Shown one piece after another: positions 28,673 to 39,732 of a DNA stretch of 64,000 nucleotides (the stretch's first letter is position 1; the number at the start of each line of letters is the position of its first letter). The position numbers and the translations under genes were made by a program. Location: positions 1,116,001 to 1,180,000 of the forward strand of contig CP060756.1 in NCBI GenBank assembly GCA_023205875.1, read 5' to 3'. Below the pieces are notes generated by a model that saw only the letters and a program-made list of their open reading frames with translations, was not told where the DNA came from and searched no databases. Source of the DNA: Chloropicon primus. Taxonomy: Eukaryota.

Positions 28673-30151
28673 ATGGCGGTCAGTAAGAGCCCAGAGAAGA
28701 AGAAGAAGAGGGTGGTCTCCTCCTCGTCCAAGAGCACAACGAAGAAGAGGAGGTTGAAACTCTCGGACTTCTTGTTCAAGGGCGAGCTCGGGAGGGGGAC
28801 TTACGGGTCGGTCTTCAAGGCCCTGAGGAGGGGAAAGACCAAGCCTTACGCTATCAAGGTGATAAACATGAAAGGCATGACGAAGAAGCAGCTGCACGAC
28901 TGCTCGGAGGAGGTTCGAATATTGTCCTCGCTGAAGAACGCGAGCATAGTCAAGTACTTGGACAGTTTCGTGGACGCAGGGAAGCTGTACATAGTCATGG
29001 AGTACGTGCCCAATGGCACCCTGTACGACTTTTATAAGAACAAGAAGGAGAAAGCGGAGGAGAACTTCGTTTGGACCACCTTGGTGAGCCTCTCCCTGGC
29101 GCTGCAGTACATTCACGGGAAGAAGATCTTGCACCGCGACGTGAAGAGCACGAACGTTTTTCTGGACAGGAACCTCAAGGTGAGACTCGGTGATTTCGGG
29201 GTCGCCAAGGTCCTCGGTGCCAGCAAGAAGATGGCCAAGACAGTGGTGGGAACGCCGTTTTACCTCAGCCCGGAGCTGTGCCAGGGTCGTCCTTACAACG
29301 ACAAGTCGGATATCTGGGCCCTTGGCATCGTGATGTACGAGCTGTGCATGAGAACCCACCCTTTCATAGCGGACAGCCCGATTCAGCTGAGCCAAAAGAT
29401 TGTGGGGGGGAAGTTTCATCCAATCAGGGGGTTCTCCCTGGAGGTGACGACCATCATTCAAAAGTGCCTGGCGGTGAACCCCCTTGAGCGGCCAAGCGCT
29501 GCAGACATCTTGAAGCTGGCAATCGTCCAGACGAAAGCCCGGGAGCTTGGCCTCCTGTCAGACGTGATCAAGGAGAAGAAGGAGACACCGACCAGCAGTG
29601 GCAACTCTCCCCAAACGAAGACGCCAAAGCCTTCGGTGAAGGACATTCGGAAGTTCAAGTTCGAGAGCTCCATGGGAGTGGAGGGCCTGGCATCTGGGGC
29701 ACAAGCAAAGTCCCTCAGCAACAGCCCTGAGGCAAAGCCCAAGGACAACGCGGACGACAAGACCATGGTGAGGGACCTTCCCCTGTACCCGAGTACCAGC
29801 GACCCGATCGACGAAGACTCCATGCTCCAGGCAGCTCTTCCGGTGTTGCAGAGTAAACCAGTGTATCAACAGGCAAGTGCGAAGCAGACTGAGGTAGACT
29901 TGGGGAGGCAGCTGAAGGATCACATGGCCCTTGCTAGGGCATCTTGTGCCGAGTGGGTGGGCCAGGAAGAGCTGCAAGAACTGTTCGCCTTGATTTCTAA
30001 CCACCAAAACTCGCAAGGCTCCTCGAATCAGAGTGACTTGGCAGAGCTGTTCAAAGAAGCGCACGTTCTGTCTCCGGTGATTGACCCTGAAGCGCTCGTG
30101 ACGATTTACAGGCTCCATAACCTTGAGCGGGAAGCGAAAATGATCAGTTAA
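28673..30151 (+). CDS. NIMA-related (NEK) Ser/Thr kinase
   Basis: GRGTYG, AIK, HRDVKSTNVFL, LGDFG, GTPFYLSPELC..PYNDKSDIWALG. Confidence 0.92.
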   Translation: MAVSKSPEKKKKRVVSSSSKSTTKKRRLKLSDFLFKGELGRGTYGSVFKALRRGKTKPYAIKVINMKGMTKKQLHDCSEEVRILSSLKNASIVKYLDSFVDAGKLYIVMEYVPNGTLYDFYKNKKEKAEENFVWTTLVSLSLALQYIHGKKILHRDVKSTNVFLDRNLKVRLGDFGVAKVLGASKKMAKTVVGTPFYLSPELCQGRPYNDKSDIWALGIVMYELCMRTHPFIADSPIQLSQKIVGGKFHPIRGFSLEVTTIIQKCLAVNPLERPSAADILKLAIVQTKARELGLLSDVIKEKKETPTSSGNSPQTKTPKPSVKDIRKFKFESSMGVEGLASGAQAKSLSNSPEAKPKDNADDKTMVRDLPLYPSTSDPIDEDSMLQAALPVLQSKPVYQQASAKQTEVDLGRQLKDHMALARASCAEWVGQEELQELFALISNHQNSQGSSNQSDLAELFKEAHVLSPVIDPEALVTIYRLHNLEREAKMIS

Positions 30152-30158
30152 ACGTATT

Positions 30159-30170
30159 TTGTAATTACAA
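30159..30170. terminator. Palindromic TTGTAATTACAA: TGTAA poly(A) signal on both strands
   Basis: Lies in the 27-nt gap between the convergent NEK and WDR76 stop codons; TGTAA is the chlorophyte polyadenylation signal. Confidence 0.6.
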
Positions 30171-30178
30171 GTTGTGTT

Positions 30179-31588
30179 TCAAGAGAACAAGGCTATTCTG
30201 CCTGAGCTGGTAGCTGCGCCGAGGAGGGGCAGGGCAGGGTGGACGAAGAACCTTGATGGAATCGCTGTCAGGAAATCGCTGGATAAGCTCGAGATCCGTT
30301 TCCCGTCAACGCTGCTGTAGATGAACACTTCCCTCCTCATCGAGCCGCAAACAATTCCGTCAGCCGCTGGCGTCCAGATAGCTCTGAAAGGAAGTGTCCA
30401 CCTGCCGGTCTGAGTGTTGTGCTTTATCCTCACGCTGGCGGACTTGTTCTTCTTGAAATCCCAAATACTCAGATGGCTGTCGTAACAGGTGGTCAGCACC
30501 CGTTTTGAGCCATCGGGACTGAAGTAAGCGGCTTGGCAGGACTTTGCGTGAGCGTACTTCTCAACCGCGCGCGGCAGTTTCCTCAAATCCCACACGCCAA
30601 CGTCGCCACCAGTGCAGGAGGTGGCGAAAAGGTTGCCTTCGCTCGGCTCAATGTGCACCGTGTTGATCTTCCTGTGGTGCATCTCAAAGGGCTTTACGAC
30701 TGGCTTGTTTGTCCTCGCGTCGGCCACCAGGAATTCCCCTTCGTTGTCGCACAGGTACACGGTCCTGCCCGCGCTGTCCACGTCAAAGGCGCTGAACTCG
30801 TGCACGTGGTTCTCTGCGCAGCTGTAAATTTCCTGGAACACCCCTTCGTTCACGTCGAGCCTCCTGCACGTCCCGTCATAGCTGCAAGTGAACAAGTCCC
30901 TCCCCGAGGTCGGGCACCACTTCAGCCCGGACATGTACTGAGTGTGGGGCTGGACCTGGACGTTCACCTGCGAGAACCCTTTGGACAGATTCCACAAGCC
31001 GACCCTCCCGTCCTTATCCCCTGCGGCGATCATCGCGAAGTCCGACCTCGGCATGATGCCAACGTGCGAGGCACCGTTCTTCGTCACCTTGACGCAGTTC
31101 TCTTCTGCGAGGGACAGGTTGGCGAGATCTGCCGCGGACGTGGCCCTGCCCGACGAGGAGCTCGTCGTCGCGGAGCCTTTGGCCCTCAGGAGCTCGAGCA
31201 TGGCCGCCTCGTCCTCGTCGTCCTCGTAGATGCTCTCGAACTTCACTGGACCAGTCTTCCTGGAGGGCCTGGAGGGCTCCGGGGCATGGATGCTCCCGCC
31301 GTTCGTGAGCGTGATGCTGCCGTTGGCGCTCTCGCTCGCGATCATCTCTCCACTCGGTTTCATCCCCCTCACGCGGAGGCTCCTCCTGGCCACCACGGGC
31401 TCGCTCCTCTTCTGCCTCTTCACCCCCCTCTGACTCGCCTTCCTCGTCGGCGTCTTGCGCTCGGCCACCTGGGCCGAGGCATCGAGCAGCTTGAGCTCCA
31501 GCATTCTCTCCTTGTTCTTCATGATCTGCTCCTCCCTCGCCTTCTCGTAGTCCACCGAGCCCTCGGTGGTGGAGCCCCGCAGCAGCAT
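30179..31588 (-). CDS. WDR76: WD40 protein of the WDR76/Cmr1 family
   Basis: YEK.R...I..N..RM..L N-terminus, RRSLR, AAGDKDG.VGLW, HNTQTGRW..PFRA.W motifs. Confidence 0.85.
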   Translation of the reverse strand: MLLRGSTTEGSVDYEKAREEQIMKNKERMLELKLLDASAQVAERKTPTRKASQRGVKRQKRSEPVVARRSLRVRGMKPSGEMIASESANGSITLTNGGSIHAPEPSRPSRKTGPVKFESIYEDDEDEAAMLELLRAKGSATTSSSSGRATSAADLANLSLAEENCVKVTKNGASHVGIMPRSDFAMIAAGDKDGRVGLWNLSKGFSQVNVQVQPHTQYMSGLKWCPTSGRDLFTCSYDGTCRRLDVNEGVFQEIYSCAENHVHEFSAFDVDSAGRTVYLCDNEGEFLVADARTNKPVVKPFEMHHRKINTVHIEPSEGNLFATSCTGGDVGVWDLRKLPRAVEKYAHAKSCQAAYFSPDGSKRVLTTCYDSHLSIWDFKKNKSASVRIKHNTQTGRWTLPFRAIWTPAADGIVCGSMRREVFIYSSVDGKRISSLSSDFLTAIPSRFFVHPALPLLGAATSSGRIALFS

Positions 31589-31868
31589 CTTGGCGGGAGA
31601 CACAAGGATCGAGCACAAGGATCGAGGGAACCGAAGAGAGCAGAGTAGTCGTGTGCCACCGACCGACCTCTCTCACTTTTGAGGGCTTGAGCAGCTTTCG
31701 CTTTCCCTCGTCAAATTTTGTGGCCAAGAATTTTCGCGCTCCTTGACGTTAGTTTTGTCGAAAAACCAAAGGAGCAAAGGGAAGTTGTTTTGCTGCCCAA
31801 TCCATCCTCGGTCTGGGTTTCTGTTGTCGGTTCGGAATATATAATACAAGCTGCTTCTTTCGCACTAC

Positions 31869-31869
<1 letters not shown>

Positions 31870-31912
<43 letters not shown>
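31870..31912. repeat. (GT)n microsatellite
   Basis: About 21 uninterrupted GT units. Confidence 0.95.
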
Positions 31913-31913
<1 letters not shown>

Positions 31914-31933
31914 ACGCGCGTGCGCGTGCCATT

Positions 31934-33172
31934 TCACTTCCAAAAGTAGGCTCGCGGCGCCTTCTCGCCCAGATAAACTCGTCCTCGCGCCGGGACCCTT
32001 CGCACGCTGATGGCAAAAGACTTCTGCTTCCTCCGCATGACCTCCTTCTTCCCCTGGTTGTAGTTCGTCTCCATCTCTTTCTTCTTGTCCTCAAAGTCGG
32101 AGGAGGGGGAGCCCTCCTTGGCCTTGACCGCGTTGGCGAGGAGCCACTCGAGCCTCTGGAGCTGCTTGGCCCTCCTGAACCCCACGAGCTTCACCAAGGC
32201 CAAGAAGGCGTCCATCTTCTTCCTCTCCTCGATCTTCTGGGCCTGGGCCTTCTTCTCCTGGGCGTCCATCACCTTGAGGTAAGCCAGAACGAAGAGCGGC
32301 GAAGCCACCACGGCTTTCCACAGCTTTGGCCTCAGCACCACCCCGACCGGCCGCAGGGGCGTGGAGAGGCACTTCATGGTGAACCTGCCGACGTTCGAGA
32401 GGAACCTCGCAATCCCCGTGCTCTCTGACACCCTCTGCAGCATGGCCTTGACGGCCATCGGCGAGTTCGCCTCGCAAGTCTCGATGAGCCTGCCGTCCCG
32501 GAAGCACATGAACGTGGGCAGCTGCTTGATCTGCGACGTGTCCACCACGGACGAGATTCCCTGGACGCGCGCGAAGAGAGCGACGACGGTGACGACGACA
32601 ACGAGTCAGTCCAAAAGAGAAAGCAAAACCGTAAAACCACAAAGCCATGACAAACATGCACGCACGCACACACATCACATACACAGAGAGAGAGAGAGAG
32701 AGACGGTGTGTGTGTGTGTATATATATGTATATATATATATGCTGTGTGCGTGACGAGGCAAGAGCTCGCTCGTTCGCGCGTCCAGAACCACACCCACCT
32801 TGAGCTTGTCCACGTCCACTTTGGCGAACATGAGCTGAGAGTACTCCTTCTTCTTGCTCAGCTCGGCGAAGATGGGCTCGAAGCGGTGGCACAGCAGCTG
32901 GTCCCTCGTGCTCTTCTCCTGCGGAAGAGAGCGAGCGAAAAAGAAGAAAAGCAAAAACGCGGCTCGCGGGTCAGCTCAAGACCTCGACCAAACGCCCGCC
33001 TCCCCGCAAGAAGCGACGCACTTACCCCGCGGAACATGACGACGAGCGTCTTCCCCTTGCTCTTCCTCAAGATATCTTCCCACCCTTTCTTGGTGATAAT
33101 AGCCGTAACCCTGGGCTTCACGAGCTGCACGAGCCTCCTCGTCCTCGTCCTCCGTAGCCGCCTCACCGCCAT
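31934..33172 (-). CDS. Atypical thioredoxin-domain protein with hydrophobic segment and basic C-terminal tail (exons 33172-33026, 32918-32799, 32560-31934)
   Basis: LVVMF...CHRFEPIFAELS, FAKVDVD, LPTFMCFRDG; only one Cys at the active-site position; canonical splice sites. Confidence 0.7.
32685..32742. repeat. Compound (GA)n(GT)n(TA)n microsatellite inside an intron
   Basis: Directly visible. Confidence 0.9.
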
Positions 33173-33498
33173 CTCGCCTCCCTCTCCCTCTCTCCCACCC
33201 TCTCCTTCTTCTTTCCCCACGAACCCCAACCCCTCCCCTCTCTCTCTCCTTCCCACACCTCTCCTTCCCACACCTCTCCTCCGCTCCTGGCCGGATAAGG
33301 CTTCAAAGGGTTCGGATCCCGGGATCCGAATACGAACGTCACCCACCGAAACAATGGAATGGCGGCGGCTCGGCCCTCGCTCCCCGAATAAGACGGAATT
33401 AGCACGGAGAGGATTCAGGGCGAGGGAGCCCGAGGCGAGTTGAGGGGAGGGGACTACTCGAGCAAACGACGCGTCGACGAGGGTGAAGAAAGGAAGCT

Positions 33499-34089
33499 AT
33501 GGGTAAGTGACGAGGGCGAAGACGCGAAGACGCGGGGGAGAGGGGACGGAAGCGCCTGGAGGGGTTTGCGTTCACCGCACGGGAAGGACCTGCCGCTTTG
33601 TCGCGCGCGGGGTCTCTCTCTCTCTCGCTTTTGCTGGTGTGTGTGTGGGGGGGACCGACCGACCCACTCACGGCTTGTTCGTTCGTTCGAGCGTTGTGGG
33701 GTGGACTGGGGCTGGGACTTCCGAGACGCCGCGCCTTGCTTCTTCTTTTCCTTTTCTGGCCGCGGCGCTGCGTGCGTTTTTTTCTTCCCACCACGCCCGT
33801 GTTTGTGTGCGATCTTCCCGCGGTCGATTGGGTTCTCTTTTTCGAAGGGAAGTGTCGTCTAACCGTCTTTTCTGCGCTTGCTCTCCCCCTCGCAATGACA
33901 ACAGGTAAAGTTCACGGTTCTCTAGCTCGTGCCGGTAAGGTGCGCGGCCAAACGCCAAAGGTGGCCAAGCAGGAAAAGAAGAAGGTGCCAAAGGGACGCG
34001 CCTACAAGAGGTTGTTGTACAACAGAAGGTTCGTCAACGTCGTCGTTGGCTTCGGAAAGAAGAGAGGACCAAACTCCAACCCAACCTAA
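33499..34089 (+). CDS. RPS30: 40S ribosomal protein S30 (first coding exon ATGG; intron 33503-33904)
   Basis: [21 protein letters not shown]...[15 protein letters not shown] donor, CTAAC branch point. Confidence 0.96.
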
Positions 34090-34297
34090 GATGCCCGAAG
34101 CGGTGAAAATATACTTAATATAGGACATTAAAGAAATCTATTAGACACAACGACAGGCACAGGTTTAGGGATGGAGGCACTGCAGCTACTACTAAGATAC
34201 TCGAAGCGTGCTCTGCTCCGGACCTATGAGGGAGACCCCTATATATATATACACACACGCACGCACGCACGCACGCACGCACACGTGTCTATGCGAG

Positions 34298-36544
34298 TTA
34301 CACGTTGTAGGTCCTCTTCACGGCAGTGTACGCGAGCTGCTTTGCCAAGTCAAAGGCGTCCTTCTCTTGAATCCTTCCCTCCAAGACCAGCTTCGCCACC
34401 CAGTCCGAGACGACCTTTCTCCATATCTTGTGCCTCGAAGGGATCTGCAAGAAGTGGTGGGCGTTGTCGATGTAGCCCGCAAGGTTTGAGATCCCGCACA
34501 GACCGACCACGGAGTCCAGAAAGCCCCTGATTCCCTCCGGGTTCTCGTGGAACCACAGAGGGGAGCCCACGTTTATGCTCTGGTACTGGACGGCAAGGGG
34601 TGCCAGCTCCCTGCTGTAGGTGGACTCGTCGTGGGTGAACAAAACGAGTGTCAGGTTGGGGTGGTTTCCGTAGGTGTTCAGCAGCGACTGCAGGCCGTGC
34701 GAAAAGTCCACAGCGATGGGAATGTCAACTTCCACAGGAGCTTCGGCCGCGTCCTTGCTGCCCCCCTTTGAGGTCTGCTGACCCCTCTGGTAGTTCCTCT
34801 CGAGGCCCGTGTGGAGCTGCATGACGAGGCCGTCCTCCACGGACATCCGAGCCATCTCCATCAGCATGTGGTTCTGGAAGATCTGCAGGTCCTTGTCGCT
34901 CGTCCTGCCTGACAGAGCTGCCGCGAAGAGGGCTTCCATCTCCGGCAAGGCGGTTAACTCCGCTTTGGGCACCCTGGTTTCCTGGAAGGTGGCGACCGAC
35001 CCCAACTCCTTGAACTGCTTTCGCCTGATCTCGAGGGCCTTGAGAAAGTTGCTGTACGAGTCTATCTTCACCGAAGTGCCCTCGCCCAGCATGTTCACGT
35101 TGGCCTTCCACTCGGTGTCTTTCAGGTTGAACAGCTTGTCAGGCATAAACGTTGGCTTCACCCCCTCGATGACCCCGATCTCCCCTCCCACACTGACTTC
35201 TTCTCCTCCCTCACTGACCACTGTGGCATTGCCCATCATGTCTATCCTGCCCGATGCGGGGAAGGACATCCCAAGCATTTCAAGATTGAAGTGCTCACTC
35301 AGTCTCCTCGGCGAGTACTCGGTTGAGTTGAGCTTGAAGACCAACAGGTCATAAATATGCTGCGCTGATTCACCGTCCAGTGGATCGTGGATCCCAAAGA
35401 TGCTCATAAGTGTCTGCTCGATCCACATCCTGCTGGAAGTTCCCAGCAGCAAGTGGAACTTCTCACCAAGGACTTGCCACAGCCTCCTCTGCTCCGACTC
35501 GGTGGCGTCCTCCCTCAGCAAGTGAGACGCGTTCAGGCCTTTCTGAGACTGCAGGAAGCGAACCACGGACTTGTCCGAGTTGACGAAGATTTTGGTCGGG
35601 CTCCCGAAAGCCTCCAGTCCAGTGGACACGTTCTTGAAGAATATGTCCGCACTGCTCGCCTGAGAGTACGGGGATATGATGGGCAAGGTCTCCACGGACT
35701 TGAAGAGCTTGTACGCCATCCGCCTCTGGTTGTTGTTCGAGTCGAAGAACCGGTACTCCTCCTCCAGCAAAGCGATGAAAGAAGGCTTGGCGATCCCACT
35801 CGCGAGCGCCACGAGTCCCTTGGAAACGTAAGTGTTGGCGGAGTCCACAATTGACTCGATATTTTTCGAGAAGACTTCAACTGCCATCTTCCCCTCCCGG
35901 AGCCCAAAGTAGTCCTCCGCCCCCTTGGAGACGTTCTCAGAGCCCGCCTCCTCCAGCAGAAGGTCCCTGAGCATGACCATCTTCGACTCGTTCGAGTGGT
36001 CCTCCTGGTTCGGGTCCACGGGAGAGGGGCATTCCTCCGCGCTCACCTCGTTCGGCCTCCTCCCACCCACTCCGTTGTACTGGATTTTGAACGACGCCGA
36101 GGACAATAACAGCAAGAGGAACAAACCCAGAAACGCGAATGCTAGAGGCGCCAACACTACCCGTGCACAGCATCCCAGTGTGCAGCAAGGGGAGCGCTCG
36201 GCCTTCCGCTCCGCGCCCGCGGGACGAGACCCCTGTTCATCGCCCACAACCCTTCCCTCGCAGCTCGGCGAGCTCAACCTCCGGGCCCTCTGCGCCTTTC
36301 TCGAAGTCTTCGCCCGCCCCCGCGCCTGGGTCGGCGACAGCGACGCCGCCCTCTTCCCCCTCTCCCTCTCCCCCCCGCGCGTGACGCCGTCCACCTTCTC
36401 CCTCCGAGTAGTAGTCCCTTTCGCCCCAACTTTTAGTGGTGCCGTTTCGCCTCGATCCTCATCGTCGTGGTGATACCCGTTCAAAATCCCCTCCACCTCT
36501 TCGGCTTTCCCTCGCCGTCTCGTTGACCTCCGCGTTGTCACCAT
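34298..36544 (-). CDS. Type II membrane protein with a degenerate uronate (glucuronate) isomerase UxaC-like domain
   Basis: LPIISP, MARMSVEDGLVMQLHTG..RN, DIP, LFTHDESTYSRELAPLA, WFH, IP.RH motifs; TM at VVLAPLAFAFLGLFLLLLL. Confidence 0.8.
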   Translation of the reverse strand: MVTTRRSTRRRGKAEEVEGILNGYHHDDEDRGETAPLKVGAKGTTTRREKVDGVTRGGERERGKRAASLSPTQARGRAKTSRKAQRARRLSSPSCEGRVVGDEQGSRPAGAERKAERSPCCTLGCCARVVLAPLAFAFLGLFLLLLLSSASFKIQYNGVGGRRPNEVSAEECPSPVDPNQEDHSNESKMVMLRDLLLEEAGSENVSKGAEDYFGLREGKMAVEVFSKNIESIVDSANTYVSKGLVALASGIAKPSFIALLEEEYRFFDSNNNQRRMAYKLFKSVETLPIISPYSQASSADIFFKNVSTGLEAFGSPTKIFVNSDKSVVRFLQSQKGLNASHLLREDATESEQRRLWQVLGEKFHLLLGTSSRMWIEQTLMSIFGIHDPLDGESAQHIYDLLVFKLNSTEYSPRRLSEHFNLEMLGMSFPASGRIDMMGNATVVSEGGEEVSVGGEIGVIEGVKPTFMPDKLFNLKDTEWKANVNMLGEGTSVKIDSYSNFLKALEIRRKQFKELGSVATFQETRVPKAELTALPEMEALFAAALSGRTSDKDLQIFQNHMLMEMARMSVEDGLVMQLHTGLERNYQRGQQTSKGGSKDAAEAPVEVDIPIAVDFSHGLQSLLNTYGNHPNLTLVLFTHDESTYSRELAPLAVQYQSINVGSPLWFHENPEGIRGFLDSVVGLCGISNLAGYIDNAHHFLQIPSRHKIWRKVVSDWVAKLVLEGRIQEKDAFDLAKQLAYTAVKRTYNV

Positions 36545-36617
36545 CCCCCCCCCTCCGCCATGCAACGCACAACTCCCTCGCCCTCTCGGACCCCAATCCG
36601 ATCGACCGACCACTCTC

Positions 36618-36649
<32 letters not shown>

Positions 36650-36970
36650 GCTCGGGAAGTTCAAGACGCTTGGGTTTTTTGTTTTCACTCAAACAGAGTG
36701 AGGACAGACGACGGAAGAGACGCGAGTTTGTTTGAGACAGACGGGGTTTAGGGCGAGACGGAAGAGGCGGGGGGGTTGTGGGACGACGCCACGCAGGGTT
36801 GAGGGAAAGGTCGTCACCTCGCTTGTTGTGGGCAACTGGTGCCAGGAGGGAGGCAGCAGGGAGGAGCGTGTTTTAGTGGGTCGAGGCACTTTTTGAGTGA
36901 GCTCCCACAAGTGTTTGTGGAGAAGGTTGTGACGTGTTGGGGAATTGGGTTGGCCTGATCGCGGCCTTGA

Positions 36971-37708
<738 letters not shown>

Positions 37709-37943
37709 AGGTCGCCGGGGGGAAGGGGAACCCCGTCTTGATCTCTAACCAGGGAGCGCCTTTGTTTGTTGTAAACTATTTTATGTGTCGTTTTATTCCG
37801 TTGGTGTTGTTGCTCCGGAGGGAGCGGAGAGAAAGGGTCCCGCGGGGCAGAGAGGTCCTGTTTGGATAAAGAAAGTTTACATTTTTCTATGAAAAGGGAC
37901 AAAAGGCGCGCGGCCTTGTCGTCTTATATTTTAGTCAGCCAAC

Positions 37944-38619
37944 TCAGATGCTGGAAGGGTAGAGCATGACACGGCACTTGGCACCCAAAGCCTTGGCAGG
38001 AAGAGACTTCCTGAAGGAGGCCCTAACAGTTCCGCCGCTACCGTGAGCGCGGGTGATCTTTCCCCAGACACACCTGAACTTGGTTGGGCCGTTTGGTCCG
38101 GCCTTCTTGGTGTGCGCCTTGTAGACGTAAGCGACCTTCTTGCCCAAGTAGAAAGGAACCTCCTCCTTGCTCTCTACGCCCTCGATCTCGAGAAGGGAAG
38201 TCTTATGGTGCGTGTTGCACTTGCTTCTCTTGTAGTTGACAATCTTGCCCTTGACGTAAAGTCTGTGAAAGGGGAAGAAGAAGAAGAACCAGTAGAGAGA
38301 GTAGAGAGTAGAGAGAGAGAGAGTCAGGCACGAGGAACAAAAAGAATAAGAGCGTGTCGCTTGCTGGACACATCTGGTCCTCCGCGGGGCTTCCCCGAAA
38401 CGCCACTCGATCCCGCGCGAGTGCAACGGCGGGAGGAACACCAAGGGGCACGCGAAACACCCCAAGCCTCGCGAAACACCCCAAGTCTCCCTGCCCCTCC
38501 TCCGACACGAAAACGAGGCCGCATGCCCGCCCCCCCTCGTTTATAATCTCGTCTTCCCTCACTCCTCTCCCTCGTTCCCGTCCTCGAGCGTCCACCTACC
38601 TAATCTTCTGTCCCGTCAT
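37944..38619 (-). CDS. RPL35A: 60S ribosomal protein L35a/eL33 (intron 38263-38599)
   Basis: RLYVKG, FYLGKKVAYVYKA, WGKITRAHG, RVMLYPSSI. Confidence 0.96.
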
Positions 38620-38874
38620 CTTTGTCTTTGTCGTGTCTCAAGGTCTTCGTCTTCTACCCCAGCGCCCTTGCTGTGTCCTCTCTTCTCTCTCTTCTCTCTC
38701 CCTTTCCTCTCTCCTCGCTCTGTCCTCGGGGCCAAATGTCGGCGGAATTCGGTGGGTTTCCCCGTGTAGGAATTCCATCTTATTTCGCCCCTCGGGGCGA
38801 GGCCATTTGTGGCGGCGCGAGCGAGGCAGGGGGAAATCGTGAACCGAGGGAGGGAGGCAGAAAGAGAGAGCAAC
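38620..38874. promoter_or_regulatory. Probable bidirectional promoter shared by RPL35A and RPS26
   Basis: 255 nt between divergent ATGs; mirrored CT-rich and GA-rich leader halves. Confidence 0.55.
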
Positions 38875-39516
38875 ATGGTGAAGAAGAGGAGGCACTCGGG
38901 AAGAAACAAGCCCGCCGGGGCGAGAGGACACGTCAGGCGCGTCAGGTGCGAGACATCTGGCTGCCTCGTTCCTAAGGATAAGGCCGTCAAGAGGTAAGGA
39001 AACGAAACGAGGACGAAGACGAGGGCGAGACGGGAAGAAGATGCCAAGACGGAGGGAGGAGGGAAGAACCCTTCCCGAAGGGTTGGACCCGCGACGCGTG
39101 GCGGGAGAGAGGTTCCGGGGGGTCCTCCCGGGCTTCCCTGCCTCGCGCCGAAGCGCGGACGCGCGCGACCCGGAACTCCCGAGCCCTCGGCGGAGCGCAT
39201 CTCTCCCGCCTTTTGCCCTTTTTTTTTCTCTTCCTTCCGCGGGCTGCGCACGAGAAGTGGTTGGGCCAGGCTTGCTAACCCTCGCTCATCTCTTTCCACC
39301 CGTGACAGGTACATCGTCCGTAACATTGTGGACGCTTCCGCTCTTCGTGATCTTCAGGAGTCCTCCGTCATTGACGGGTACGCCCTCCCAAAGCTCTACC
39401 GCAAGGTGTACTACTCGATCAGTGCCGCCATTCACAGTAGGGTCGTTAGGGTGCGCAGCAGGGTTGCTAGGCGCAACAGGGCACCTCCCCCAAGGTTCAG
39501 ACCTAAGTCTGATTAG
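38875..39516 (+). CDS. RPS26: 40S ribosomal protein S26 (intron 38994-39308)
   Basis: [43 protein letters not shown]. Confidence 0.96.
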
Positions 39517-39732
39517 GTGAATAATGTATGAACGAGGACACGCGAGCCGGCAGCGACCTCCCACCGAGGATAGGAAAGGGTCGAGCTCTGGTCTTTTAGA
39601 AGAAGAGGTGGAGTTCTGGCGCATCTGCGCTATTAATGGTAAAAAGTAAAAAGAATTATCATCAAACATCTTCTTAGCGTTATTGTGGTGTCCCCCCCTT
39701 GGTCTTGCCCTTTCCTTGTTCCAACTTGTCCT

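Noticed and set aside
15730..31588. Apparent DNA-repair cluster (calpain, FANCA-like, WDR76)
   Set aside because: Interleaved with unrelated housekeeping genes; proximity in a compact eukaryotic genome is not evidence of a functional cluster
33499..34089. RPS30 lacks the ubiquitin-like FUBI fusion
   Set aside because: This is the normal state outside animals
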